Below the pieces are notes generated by a model that saw nothing but the letters and a program-made list of their open reading frames with translations, was not told where the DNA came from and did no database searches. Positions 1 to 9,682 of a DNA stretch of 64,000 bases are shown piece after piece. The translations under genes and the position numbers were made by a program. Position 1 is the stretch's first letter; every line of letters starts with the position of its first letter. Source of the stretch: Bacteroidota bacterium (GTDB taxonomy: Bacteria > Bacteroidota > Bacteroidia > Cytophagales > Cyclobacteriaceae); contig JACOSO010000026.1 of assembly GCA_016178785.1 (NCBI GenBank), positions 145,648-209,647 of the forward strand, read 5' to 3'.

Positions 1-2
1 AT

Positions 3-3000
3 GGAGTGATGTACTCACAGCCAAGCTCTGAATTCACCAGTGTGACAGGTCACGTAACCGGCACCAAGGTTAAGATCGTTGACGCTATTTATGGCAACAA
101 CTATCAGTTTCTCAAATCCATCTCTTATTATGACGACAAGTACCGTACGGTGCAGTCGATCAGCGAAAACCACCAGGGCGGTACCGATAGGACAACCACT
201 TTGTACGATTTTGTTGGCAAGGCACTGACAACTTCTACAACACACAATCAATATTCGGTACAGTGGAAAGATATCGTTGGAGTAGTGGAGCAAGGAGAGC
301 GACTCATTAAAACTTCTCTCTATAATGATTGGTATACAGGTGGGGCTGCATCCACAGAAGTACTTCCCGCAGGAACGGATGGTTGGCTTGAATTCACGGT
401 GTCAGAAACCAATACCCTGCGTATGGTAGGCTTGAACAATACCAACACGCAAGTACATTACAATGATATGAACTATGCTTTTTACTTATTGACCCCGACA
501 GAGCTTCGCATTTTTGAAGAAATTGCTCCTGTTACCATTCTGCCGATCGCTGTTTCACCGGGAGATATTTTAAGAATAGAGCGCACCGGAACTACCGTGA
601 AGTACTATCGTAATGGAACATTGCTGCGAACTTCACCCACGGCCTCAACCACTTCGTTACTAGCGGACGTGTCCTTGAATCAGTCAGGCTCGACTGTGCA
701 AGATGTAAGAACATCTTTTAGTGCCAAAAGCAATACCATCGCCCGCAGTTTTGACTACGACCATGCCGGACGTTTACTCAAAACCTGGCACAGCGTGAAC
801 GGAGCAACCCCGGTATTACTGGCGCAAAATGAATACAACGAGATCGGACAGCTCGTAGACAAAAAACTATACAGCACCGACAACGGGTCAACATTCAAAC
901 AAAGCACCGACTACCGTTACAATATCCGCGGATGGCTCACGTCAATCAACAATTCTCAATTGGTCAATGATCAATCAAATGATGATACCAATGCTTCGCG
1001 CGACCTGTTCGGGATGAACCTTTCGTATAACGATGCGGTCAGCGGCATCAACAACGCTCCCCAGTTCAACGGCAACATCAGCGCGATTAAGTGGAGCAAC
1101 AATCTGTCGCTTGGCACAGTGAAAGATGTGGCATATAAATATTCGTATGACACACTTAACCGGATCAAGTCAGCAACGTATATGACCAACCCCGGCACTT
1201 GGATAGCGTCACAGAATTTTGCCGAGAACGGATTCAGCTATGACCTGAACGGCAACATCAGAAAACTTACGCGCACGAATGCGAACGGCAATGCTAACCC
1301 GATGGACGTACTTACCTACGACTACACCGGGCAAGGCAACAAAGGCAACCAGCTTAAATCCGTGACCGATGGAGGCGACCTGCTCAACGGCTTTGCGGAT
1401 GGCAATGTCGGCACAGATGACTACACCTACGATATCAACGGCAACATGACGGCCGATAAAAACAAGAACATCACTGCCATCACCTACAACCACCTGAACC
1501 TGCCACAGCAGGTGACGAAAGGAACAGGAGAGAAGATCATGTACACCTATGATGCAGGCGGAAGAAAATTAAAGCAACAAGTGTTCAACGCCAGCAGTGT
1601 TGTAACCAAGACAACAGACTATGCAGGTGAATTTATTTACCAGAACGACACCCTGCAGTTCATCAACCATGAAGAAGGACGAATAGTAATGAAGCCTCTC
1701 GTCTCAGGCGAGACAGGGGTGAGACCTGAATACCAGTACCATCTGAAAGATCATTTAGGCAATGTGCGCACCACTTTTACAACGGTACCGGTTGTAGACC
1801 AACCCGTGGCCACCTTTGAAACGGCAAACCAGAATACTGAACAGAACCAGTTCCTGCGCTACGATGATGCTCGTGTGCTCAACTCAACACTCTTTGATCA
1901 TACACACAATGGCACAACTGCCTACTCGGAAAGATTGAGCGGTTCAGCCAATGAAAAGACAGGTATTGCGAGATCGATCAGTGTAATGCCGGGAGATGTC
2001 ATCAACCTGGAAGTGTATGCCAAGTATGTAGATGCCAGCAATAGCAACAACACCGCAGCGCTTACACAGTTGCTCGCACAGATTGCAGCAGGAACTGCGA
2101 CTGCAGGAACAGTAATTGACGGAGCAAACTACTCCACCAACGGTATTACCCCGTTTCCTTTCGCAGGACTTGCGGGTGAAGGCAACAGCACGGGCACAGG
2201 GCCGAAGGCATTTTTAAATTATCTTATCTTTGACAGAAATTTTGTATTTGTGAACGGAGGCTACGTACGGATGACAACTGCAGCAAAGGAAGACGGCACC
2301 AATGTGCCACATGAAAGGCTTGCAGCACAGATTACGATCACCCAGCCGGGCTATGTGTATGCTTACCTCTCGAATGAAGAGACTACCCCTAAAGAGATTT
2401 ACTTTGATGATTTTACGGTGCAGCAAATAAAATCACCTGTGGTGCAGAGTGAGGATTTTTATCCCTTCGGTTTGACCTTTAACTCATACTCAAGGGAGAA
2501 TAGTTTACTTAACAAGTTCCAGTATAATGGGAAGGAATTACAAAATGATCTTTCAATTAATTGGCTTGATTACGGAGCACGGATGTATATGCCTGAGATC
2601 GGAAGATGGGGGGTTATTGATAATATGGTTGAAAAGATGAGAAGATGGAGTCCTTACTCTTATGCTTTTAATAACCCAATTGTCTATGAAGATCGAGATG
2701 GAAATATACCGTGGCCAAAAATTGCAGGGTCTAATCTTATTACCTCTCATTTACAACCTTCAAGAACAATTGACGGCACTGCAAAACCTCATCAAGGACT
2801 CGATATTGGAGCTTCTTCTGGTTCCACTTATCGCGCGGCAGCTGGAGGAAAAGTAATAGCGACAAGTGGAGACGGAAATTATAAGGATAACCCTGCGGAT
2901 GGAAAGAGTGCTCCAAATGCGGCTGATGGAGGTGGATGGGGGAATTACGTAGTGATCGATCATGGGAATGGAATCGTAACCTTATACGCTCATATGAAAG

Positions 3001-3359
3001 AAGGAAGCCTGTCTGTTAAACCCGGTGACGAAATAAAAGATGGACAGTCGATTGGAGAAGTTGGAAATACCGGGCACTCATTTGGTGCGCATGCACATGT
3101 TGAGGCGATTTATAATAAGGACGGATCGAATAAATATTCTTGGGACGAGCGAAAAGATAAGAATGCGCACGTGTTCAGCTTGGAAAAGATAAATGACTTA
3201 CAAGATGTGGTTGATGGAAAAGAAAAACCTTCAGTAGAAATGCTTAATGGTTCTAAGGAAACAATTGACACTAAAAAAGGATCAGATGAAAAGGATAATA
3301 ACCTTATGGCCATTTACAATGCTCTTGTTAATTGGCTTAAGTCTTCAGTGCACGAATAA
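3..3359 (+). CDS. RHS/YD-repeat polymorphic toxin, 5'-partial (reading frame open to window start), with C-terminal peptidase M23 (LytM-like) toxin domain
   Basis: No stop upstream of position 6 in frame, so the gene continues beyond the window. Multiple YD repeats (YDYTGQGN, YTYDINGNMTAD, YTYDAGGRKLKQ). RHS-core-like end (LDYGARMYMPEIGRW...PYSYAFNNPIVYEDRDGN). Then M23 motifs HQGLD (HxxxD) and GNTGHSFGAHAH (HxH), followed by an ~80-aa polar tail. Confidence 0.8.
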   Translation, partial: GVMYSQPSSEFTSVTGHVTGTKVKIVDAIYGNNYQFLKSISYYDDKYRTVQSISENHQGGTDRTTTLYDFVGKALTTSTTHNQYSVQWKDIVGVVEQGERLIKTSLYNDWYTGGAASTEVLPAGTDGWLEFTVSETNTLRMVGLNNTNTQVHYNDMNYAFYLLTPTELRIFEEIAPVTILPIAVSPGDILRIERTGTTVKYYRNGTLLRTSPTASTTSLLADVSLNQSGSTVQDVRTSFSAKSNTIARSFDYDHAGRLLKTWHSVNGATPVLLAQNEYNEIGQLVDKKLYSTDNGSTFKQSTDYRYNIRGWLTSINNSQLVNDQSNDDTNASRDLFGMNLSYNDAVSGINNAPQFNGNISAIKWSNNLSLGTVKDVAYKYSYDTLNRIKSATYMTNPGTWIASQNFAENGFSYDLNGNIRKLTRTNANGNANPMDVLTYDYTGQGNKGNQLKSVTDGGDLLNGFADGNVGTDDYTYDINGNMTADKNKNITAITYNHLNLPQQVTKGTGEKIMYTYDAGGRKLKQQVFNASSVVTKTTDYAGEFIYQNDTLQFINHEEGRIVMKPLVSGETGVRPEYQYHLKDHLGNVRTTFTTVPVVDQPVATFETANQNTEQNQFLRYDDARVLNSTLFDHTHNGTTAYSERLSGSANEKTGIARSISVMPGDVINLEVYAKYVDASNSNNTAALTQLLAQIAAGTATAGTVIDGANYSTNGITPFPFAGLAGEGNSTGTGPKAFLNYLIFDRNFVFVNGGYVRMTTAAKEDGTNVPHERLAAQITITQPGYVYAYLSNEETTPKEIYFDDFTVQQIKSPVVQSEDFYPFGLTFNSYSRENSLLNKFQYNGKELQNDLSINWLDYGARMYMPEIGRWGVIDNMVEKMRRWSPYSYAFNNPIVYEDRDGNIPWPKIAGSNLITSHLQPSRTIDGTAKPHQGLDIGASSGSTYRAAAGGKVIATSGDGNYKDNPADGKSAPNAADGGGWGNYVVIDHGNGIVTLYAHMKEGSLSVKPGDEIKDGQSIGEVGNTGHSFGAHAHVEAIYNKDGSNKYSWDERKDKNAHVFSLEKINDLQDVVDGKEKPSVEMLNGSKETIDTKKGSDEKDNNLMAIYNALVNWLKSSVHE

Positions 3360-3846
3360 AGGAGGAGCTACATCAAATAAAAACGATGAAGACAGTTGCG
3401 TAACCTTTGTTGCTGAAGACAGTCGGGCATATCAAATATTTAAAGACATTTATGCGAATGATTATGGAAAGATTTTTTCCTTAAGAAAAGATATTTCATT
3501 TAACCCAGTAAAAAATGCATTTGACTCTGCGAAGATTGATTCTGTGGTAACTATCAGGGTTGGTAAAGCAAAATTTAAATATTATTCAAGAGGGGAGTCA
3601 AAAGTCTTGTTAGAAGCTACAATATCGGATGATAGCGTACCAATTTCCAACGAGATAAAGATTGGAATGAACTTAGGGGCTTTTGAAAAGAACGTGTTGA
3701 ATAAATACTTCAATCAAAAAAAGCCCTCATCAGCAAATTGCATTGATATATCTCCGCCTTCAGATTACGAGAATCTTCATTTTTTATTTGTTGCAAACAA
3801 GTTGGCTTCGGTCAGTTATACATCCAGCATTGAATCATTTAAATAA
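3286..3846 (+). CDS. lipoprotein of unknown function; candidate cognate immunity protein for the M23 toxin domain
   Basis: Lipoprotein-type signal peptide MKRIITLWPFTMLLLIGLSLQC with lipobox-like LSLQC. Sits directly downstream of and overlapping the toxin 3' end. Start ambiguous (3247, 3286 or 3319). Immunity role is inferred from position only. Confidence 0.45.
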   Translation: MKRIITLWPFTMLLLIGLSLQCTNKGGATSNKNDEDSCVTFVAEDSRAYQIFKDIYANDYGKIFSLRKDISFNPVKNAFDSAKIDSVVTIRVGKAKFKYYSRGESKVLLEATISDDSVPISNEIKIGMNLGAFEKNVLNKYFNQKKPSSANCIDISPPSDYENLHFLFVANKLASVSYTSSIESFK

Positions 3847-3881
3847 TAGATGCTTGCGGCACCAAAATGTTAGAAAGAAGA

Positions 3882-3908
3882 AGCCTTGATCACTCAGGGC
3901 TTTTTTAT
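3882..3908. terminator. hairpin plus T-tract between convergent genes (putative bidirectional intrinsic terminator)
   Basis: agccttgatcactcagggct stem (one G:U wobble) followed by ttttttat, between the + strand lipoprotein stop (3846) and the minus-strand gene stop (3905). Confidence 0.45.
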
Positions 3909-4366
3909 GCGATGAGAATTTTATTGACGTTCAGGTAAATGTTCCCAGTCTCGGAGGCGTGCCTTCTTTTTCTATAGAGCAGATCATCCAGGGTAATCCG
4001 GTCCGTGAGAATAGCGTTCAAGTCCATGCCATCCATTAAGATCAGCGAGCGAAGGTCGGAGCTGGTAGTTTGTAAACACTCCGGAGAGAACCCATCCATA
4101 GAGACAAACAGACCGAGTGTATTTTTTCGTTTGCCATTTACTTTGCCCGCAAAGCTATAAAGCTCACTGGCAACAATTAATTGCTTTTGCCACTTTGCTT
4201 CCAGCAGGAAATCATCATCCTTAAAAGTGAAAGCGCCATCGATTTGCTCACCGGTAATTTTAAAAGAAGCTTTTGGATCAAGATCAAACAGAGTGAACAG
4301 TTCGTTGAGAAGTTTTTCCAAACCGTAACCTCTTTTTTGTGCATCAGAGGAAGTAGCGATCTCCAT
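3905..4366 (-). CDS. small restriction-endonuclease-fold protein (Mrr_cat-like PD-(D/E)xK nuclease domain)
   Basis: 153 aa. KRGYGLEKLLNELF (GxGFE-type motif), then IDGAF (D-x-ID-G), then LLEAKWQK (ExK), in the order typical of the Mrr catalytic domain. Standalone and convergent to the toxin/immunity pair. Confidence 0.55.
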   Translation of the reverse strand: MEIATSSDAQKRGYGLEKLLNELFTLFDLDPKASFKITGEQIDGAFTFKDDDFLLEAKWQKQLIVASELYSFAGKVNGKRKNTLGLFVSMDGFSPECLQTTSSDLRSLILMDGMDLNAILTDRITLDDLLYRKRRHASETGNIYLNVNKILIA

Positions 4367-4402
4367 GAACTTTTGGTTAAGCTCGTCTAACTTTCCTTTT
4401 AA

Positions 4403-4694
4403 CCCAAACTAGCGCAAGTCTTAGGAGAGCGCGGATGCACGTGCGTGACTTGTGCTAGTTAAATCAAGGCTGCTAGCGATTTGGTCGATCGGAATGATAA
4501 GGTTTAAGATTAACTATTGTGGTGAAAATCAATAGTACCTTAGTTTCCCCAAACTAGCGCAAGTCTTAGGAAAGTGCGGAGGCACGTGCGTGACTTGTGC
4601 TATTTAAATCAAGGCTGCTAGCGATTTGGTCGATCGGAATGATAAGGTTTAAGATTAACTATTGTGGTGAAAATCAATAGTACCTTAGTTTCTC
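4403..4694. repeat. tandem direct repeat, 2 copies of a 146-bp unit (~97% identical)
   Basis: Unit ccaaactagcgcaagtcttagga...caatagtaccttagtttc occurs at 4403-4548 and 4549-4694 with 4 mismatches. Each unit holds a 12-bp inverted repeat (ctagcgcaagtc / gacttgtgctag) and a second stem (actattg / caatagt). Copy 2 overlaps the last codons and stop of hldD. Confidence 0.9.
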
Positions 4695-5663
4695 CATCAA
4701 ATACCCCCTCACATAATCCTCTGTCCCCTCTTCAAGAGAACGAAACGGTTTCGAATAACCAATGCTCTTTAATTTTTTCATATTGGCTTCGGTGAAGTAT
4801 TGATACTTGTCGCGGATGTCAGCTGGAGTATCAACAAACTCAATAACTTCTTTTTTACCAATAGCCTTGAAAACAGCTTTCGTCAAATCCAAAAATGTGC
4901 GCGCCTTGCCTGAACCCAAATTGTAGATACCCGAATTTTTTCGGTGATGCATGAGAAACATGCATACTTCAACCACATCTTTAACATAGACGAAATCGCG
5001 CATTTGTTCTCCGTCTTTGAACTCCGGATTGTGCGAGCGGAACAATTTCATCTTATCCGTTTTGCTGATCTGATTAAAGGCATGCCAAATCACAGAAGCC
5101 ATTCGGCCTTTATGGTATTCATTCGGGCCATACACATTAAAGAATTTCAGTCCTGCCCAATAAAAGGGTTTCTCCTTTTGGTTCAACGCCCACAGATCAA
5201 AATCCTGCTTCGATTGACCATAAGGATTTAATGGTTTCAACAAATTGATTTTTGATTCGTCATCATCATAACCATTTTCGCCAAGACCATAAGTTGCTGC
5301 CGATGAAGCGTAAACTAATGGAATTTGATATTGAATACATCGCTGCCAAATGTCTTTGGTATATTGGGTATTCATTCGGTTCAGAAGAGCCGTATCAAAT
5401 TCGGCCGTGTCCGTTTTTGCACCGATGTGAAAAATAAAATCAACAAGCTCGTAATTCTTGTCGAGCCAGGGCATAAAAATCTCCCGATCAACGAACTCTT
5501 TAATTTTGGCCCCAACAAGATTTTTTTCCTTAGCCGAATCTCCAAATTTGTCTACCGATATAATGTTGTTGAAATTGTCTTGATTGAGTCGTTTCACCAG
5601 ACAACTTCCGATAAAACCTGCCGCTCCAGTAACTACGATCATAGTCGAATTTTTTCTGCACAA
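4674..5663 (-). CDS. hldD: ADP-L-glycero-D-manno-heptose 6-epimerase
   Basis: MIVVTGAAGFIGS Rossmann N-terminus, YASSAATYG, FNVYGPNEYHKGRMASV, RDFVYVKDV; near-colinear resemblance to E. coli HldD/RfaD. Confidence 0.85.
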   Translation of the reverse strand: MCRKNSTMIVVTGAAGFIGSCLVKRLNQDNFNNIISVDKFGDSAKEKNLVGAKIKEFVDREIFMPWLDKNYELVDFIFHIGAKTDTAEFDTALLNRMNTQYTKDIWQRCIQYQIPLVYASSAATYGLGENGYDDDESKINLLKPLNPYGQSKQDFDLWALNQKEKPFYWAGLKFFNVYGPNEYHKGRMASVIWHAFNQISKTDKMKLFRSHNPEFKDGEQMRDFVYVKDVVEVCMFLMHHRKNSGIYNLGSGKARTFLDLTKAVFKAIGKKEVIEFVDTPADIRDKYQYFTEANMKKLKSIGYSKPFRSLEEGTEDYVRGYLMEKLRYY

Positions 5664-5724
5664 AAATAAGGTATTCCTGCCGACTTGAGCTGATCGCTTA
5701 TATTTGTGCTTTGATTATTATCTC

Positions 5725-6144
5725 ATGATCTACGTAAGCCGTCAAGAGCATTTCAATGCTGCACACAAATTGTACAACCCCGCGTGGAGCAAAGAAAAAA
5801 ATGTGGAAGTATTCGGGCCTTGTGCCAACGAAAACTGGCATGGGCATAATTTCGATTTGATTATCACCGTAAAAGGCAATCCTGACCCGGAAACAGGTTT
5901 TGTAATTGACTTGAAAAAATTAAGCAAACTCATTCGTGCCGAAGTAATTGAAGCCCTTGACCACAAAAATCTCAATCTTGATGTGCCCTTTATGAAAGGT
6001 AAAATGGCAAGCACAGAAATAGTGGCGCAGGAAATCTGGAAGATACTTGAACCAAGAATTTTATCTATCTCTAAATTTGGTGAACTCCATTCTGTTAAAC
6101 TTTACGAGACTCCACGCAATTACGTAGAGTATTTTGGTGAATGA
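5725..6144 (+). CDS. queD: 6-pyruvoyl-tetrahydropterin synthase family protein (QueD-like)
   Basis: FNAAHKL...C..E..HGHNF motifs of the PTPS/QueD family. ATG at 5725 preferred over the TTG at 5704. Stop overlaps lpxB start (ATGA). Confidence 0.7.
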   Translation: MIYVSRQEHFNAAHKLYNPAWSKEKNVEVFGPCANENWHGHNFDLIITVKGNPDPETGFVIDLKKLSKLIRAEVIEALDHKNLNLDVPFMKGKMASTEIVAQEIWKILEPRILSISKFGELHSVKLYETPRNYVEYFGE

Positions 6145-7262
6145 AGAAGCTCTACATCATCGCTGGCGAGCGCTCAGGTGATTTGCATGGAAGCAATCTA
6201 ACCAGGGCATTATTATCACGAGACTCTTCGCTCTCTCTTCGCGGATTTGGCGGAGATGAAATGAAAAAAAGCGGGGTAGACATATATATTCACTACCAAC
6301 AGCTTGCGTTCATGGGCTTTGTGGAATTGATCACTAAGCTCTTCACTATTTTTAAATTCATCCGGCTTTGCAAAAATGACATAGAGCAATTCAAGCCTGA
6401 CGCAATCATCTTAATCGACTATGGTGGATTCAACAGGAAGATTGCAAAGTTTGGGAAGAAAAAAGGCATCAAAGTGTTTTACTACATCCCGCCCAAAGTG
6501 TGGGCGTGGTACCAGAGCAGGGCCTTTGAGCTCCAGCAAAATGTAGATCGGCTATTTGTAATCCTTCCTTTTGAAAAGAGATTTTATAAAGAAAAATGCA
6601 ATTGGGATGTGGATTATGTGGGTAACCCGGTGTTAGATGCTATCAAATCATTCAAAGCCGATCCTGATTTTCTAAATAAGAATGGAATAGACCGAACGAA
6701 GAAAATTGTGGCATTGCTTCCGGGCAGCAGAAAGATGGAATTAAAACTTATGGCTCCCTTAATGGCCATTGTGGTGAAAAGAAATCCATCCTATCAATTT
6801 GTGGTGGCAGCCGTGAATAATTTAAGTGAAGAACTGTATGGTGAATTGAAAAATATCCCACAGGTAAAATTTGCAACTGAGGCATCTTATGATTTGCTTT
6901 CTGTTGCCGATGCGGCAATCGTTACTTCCGGAACGGCCACGCTTGAGACTGGAATTTTCAAAGTGCCTCAGGTAGTTGTTTACAAAATGGGCGCTTTAGA
7001 ATATTCTGTCGTTAGTCGATTGGTAAAAGTGAGCTTCATTTCTTTGGTCAACCTGGTTGCCAATAAGGAAGTAATCAAAGAATTGATTCAGGATAAGGCT
7101 GAGCCTGAAGCAATAAACCAGGAACTTACTGCATTATTGAATAATGAAAGCTATCGAAATCAAATGCTTTCAGATTATGATTCGGTATACAAAATCCTGG
7201 ATACAGGATCTGCTTCAGATAATACTGCCCGTCTAATGCTTGAGGCTTTGAATCAAGCTTAA
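6141..7262 (+). CDS. lpxB: lipid-A-disaccharide synthase
   Basis: N-terminus [20 protein letters not shown] is characteristic of LpxB (GT19). Length 373 aa. Confidence 0.85.
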   Translation: MKKLYIIAGERSGDLHGSNLTRALLSRDSSLSLRGFGGDEMKKSGVDIYIHYQQLAFMGFVELITKLFTIFKFIRLCKNDIEQFKPDAIILIDYGGFNRKIAKFGKKKGIKVFYYIPPKVWAWYQSRAFELQQNVDRLFVILPFEKRFYKEKCNWDVDYVGNPVLDAIKSFKADPDFLNKNGIDRTKKIVALLPGSRKMELKLMAPLMAIVVKRNPSYQFVVAAVNNLSEELYGELKNIPQVKFATEASYDLLSVADAAIVTSGTATLETGIFKVPQVVVYKMGALEYSVVSRLVKVSFISLVNLVANKEVIKELIQDKAEPEAINQELTALLNNESYRNQMLSDYDSVYKILDTGSASDNTARLMLEALNQA

Positions 7263-8494
7263 GCCACCTTCAGTTTGCTGTAGTGAGATTTGCTGAATTT
7301 TTCTTCAGCATAAGCTCGATTGATGATCAGCTTATCAACTGATTTTTCCGATGGCATTTCAAACATGGCATCGATTACGATCGCCTCACATATGGAGCGG
7401 AGACCCCGCGCGCCAAGTTTATACTCAACGGCTTTCTCCACAATGAAATCCAAGGCGCCTTCTTTGAATTCGATTTCTATGTTCTCCATCTCAAACAACT
7501 TCTTGTATTGTTTGATCAGCGCATTTTTTGGCTCTGTTAAAATCTTGCGTAACGCGTCATGATCAAGCGGGTTGAGGAATGAAACTACTGGCAATCTCCC
7601 GATCAATTCGGGAATCAATCCAAAAGTTTTCAAATCCTGAGCAGAAACGAATTGTAATAAATTGTCTTTGTCAATATCACTAGGGCTCAAGCTGTCAGCG
7701 CTTGCAGTAAATCCCAGAGGGCGGGTATTGAGTCTCCGTCCAATCAGTTTTGAAATTCCCTCAAATGCACCACCACAGATGAACAGAATATTTTCCGTAT
7801 TCACTGTAATCATTTTCTGATCCGGATGTTTACGTCCGCCTTGCGGAGGAACATTGACTGCCGTGCCTTCCAATAATTTCAGGAGAGCTTGCTGCACACC
7901 TTCTCCACTCACATCACGGGTTATCGATGGGTTATCTGACTTGCGCGCAATCTTGTCGATCTCATCAATATATACGATGCCGCGTTCGGCTGCTTCCGTA
8001 TTATAGTCGGCTGCCTGAAGTAGCCTTGTCAATATACTTTCAACATCCTCACCTACATAGCCTGCCTCGGTAAGAACCGTAGCATCAGCAATGCAAAAAG
8101 GTACTTGAAGAATCTTAGCGAGAGTACGGGCGAGATATGTTTTCCCAGTTCCCGTTTCGCCCACCATGATAATATTTGATTTCTCGATGTAGATGTCAGT
8201 ATCCATTTTGCGCTGCATCAATCGCTTGTAGTGATTGTACACTGCCACACTCATGATGCGTTTCGCCTGATCCTGACCGATCACATATTCATCCAGAAAC
8301 TTCTTGATCTCACGAGGTTTGATCAATTTAAAATTCGGCAGCGCTCCGGCTTCAACTTTGTTCTTTTTTTCTTCCGTGAGAATCTGGCTGGCTTGCATCA
8401 CGCACTTATCGCAAATATGCGCATGAATGCCTGAGATCATCAGATCAACATCTTTTTTGTTTCTGCCGCAAAACGAACAGGTTACTTCTGCCAT
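7259..8494 (-). CDS. clpX: ATP-dependent Clp protease ATP-binding subunit ClpX
   Basis: N-terminal zinc finger CSFCGR...CDKC, Walker A GETGTGKT, ClpX-typical length (411 aa); upstream of clpP. Confidence 0.95.
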   Translation of the reverse strand: MAEVTCSFCGRNKKDVDLMISGIHAHICDKCVMQASQILTEEKKNKVEAGALPNFKLIKPREIKKFLDEYVIGQDQAKRIMSVAVYNHYKRLMQRKMDTDIYIEKSNIIMVGETGTGKTYLARTLAKILQVPFCIADATVLTEAGYVGEDVESILTRLLQAADYNTEAAERGIVYIDEIDKIARKSDNPSITRDVSGEGVQQALLKLLEGTAVNVPPQGGRKHPDQKMITVNTENILFICGGAFEGISKLIGRRLNTRPLGFTASADSLSPSDIDKDNLLQFVSAQDLKTFGLIPELIGRLPVVSFLNPLDHDALRKILTEPKNALIKQYKKLFEMENIEIEFKEGALDFIVEKAVEYKLGARGLRSICEAIVIDAMFEMPSEKSVDKLIINRAYAEEKFSKSHYSKLKVA

Positions 8495-8599
8495 TTCTAA
8501 TTAATTGATTCGATTATTCGGTAATGAGTTGATGGAAAGCACAAAGGTAGAGATAAATCGTGATTATCAACGAATTACCGAAATCATCGAATCATCGAA

Positions 8600-9298
8600 T
8601 TATTTCTTGTTGCGTTCAAGCACTTCGTCAATTAAACCGTATTCTTTGGCTTCGGCTGCTCGCATCCAATAATCACGGTCTGAATCTTTCTCTATTTTTT
8701 CGTAGGTCTGGCCACAGTGTTTGGAGAGAATGTTGTACAGGTCTTTCTTCAATTCAAGCGTTTGCTTCATGGAAATCTCCATATCCGAAGAAGTTCCCTG
8801 CATTCCGGCAGAAGGCTGGTGTATCATTATTCGCGAATGCGGCAACCCTGATCTTTTCTTGGGTGACCCAGCAGCCAATAATACAGCTCCCATCGAAGCA
8901 GCAAGACCCGTACAGATCGTGGCTACATCGGGATTGATGTATTGCATGGTGTCGTATATACCAAGACCGGCATGAACCGATCCACCCGGGCTATTGATAT
9001 ACATGATCACATCTTTTTTGGGGTCAGAGGATTCCAAAAACAAAAGTTGAGCTGTGATTACATTAGCAATGTAGTCGTCTACCGGAGTGCCAAAGAAGAT
9101 AATTCGATCGGCCATAAGACGGGAAAACACGTCAATAACGGTGGCTCGCATCTGGCGCTCCTCGACCACGTTTGGCGTCATGCCATACACGGTAGTGTGT
9201 GCGTTTTCATTGACAAATTTGGTGTAACTATCAAAAGCATTGCCGCTCATGCCCATATGGTGCACTGCGTACTTACGGAATTCGTTGGTGTATGACAT
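8600..9298 (-). CDS. clpP: ATP-dependent Clp protease proteolytic subunit ClpP
   Basis: INSPGGSV active-site Ser region, MIHQPS, conserved ClpP length and order with clpX. Confidence 0.95.
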   Translation of the reverse strand: MSYTNEFRKYAVHHMGMSGNAFDSYTKFVNENAHTTVYGMTPNVVEERQMRATVIDVFSRLMADRIIFFGTPVDDYIANVITAQLLFLESSDPKKDVIMYINSPGGSVHAGLGIYDTMQYINPDVATICTGLAASMGAVLLAAGSPKKRSGLPHSRIMIHQPSAGMQGTSSDMEISMKQTLELKKDLYNILSKHCGQTYEKIEKDSDRDYWMRAAEAKEYGLIDEVLERNKK

Positions 9299-9355
9299 AG
9301 TTTTATTCTTTGATATAAAGTCGTTTTCAGAAATCCTTTATTGTAAAATAGCAAG

Positions 9356-9682
9356 TTAAAGTATTGATTTAAAAATTGAATCCAATTCCTGGTCTGAAAT
9401 TGTTTCGCGTTCTGATTTATCATAAATCGAAACAAGATAAACTGTTTCCTTAATAATCTTTACATACGTGATCACTCTCGCTCCTCCTGATTTTCCTTTT
9501 CCTTTGCTTTTTATGGCAAGACGGATTTTATAAAAATTGTTTTTTAATGGAGTACCCAGCGTTGGATCAGCTGACAAACTTTGAGCTAAAGACGTGAACT
9601 CAGATTTTAACGAGGGGTATTTTTTCGCTAATCGCTTGGCTTGCTTATCAAAAAGTGAAATGGAGAGGACCTTAAAGTTCAT
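9356..9682 (-). CDS. type II toxin-antitoxin system RelE/ParE-superfamily toxin (HigB/Gp49-like)
   Basis: 108 aa. KGKSGGARVITYV...ETVYLVSIYDKSE core typical of RelE/ParE/Gp49-like toxins. 11-nt overlap with the upstream small ORF. Confidence 0.6.
   Translation of the reverse strand: MNFKVLSISLFDKQAKRLAKKYPSLKSEFTSLAQSLSADPTLGTPLKNNFYKIRLAIKSKGKGKSGGARVITYVKIIKETVYLVSIYDKSERETISDQELDSIFKSIL

Noticed and set aside
15-3313. Multiple 60-120 aa ORFs on the minus strand or in other frames inside the RHS toxin gene (e.g. 15-293, 971-1198, 1209-1493, 2214-2426, 2553-2963, 3110-3313)
   Set aside because: Entirely embedded antisense or out-of-frame within a long ORF that has strong domain support. 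No independent signals. Typical spurious ORFs.
8495-8599. Inverted repeat ttcggtaat...attaccgaa and duplicated atcgaatc words between clpX and clpP
   Set aside because: Stem arms are separated by a ~46-nt loop and lie in the expected clpP-clpX spacer or promoter. Insufficient to call a structured element.
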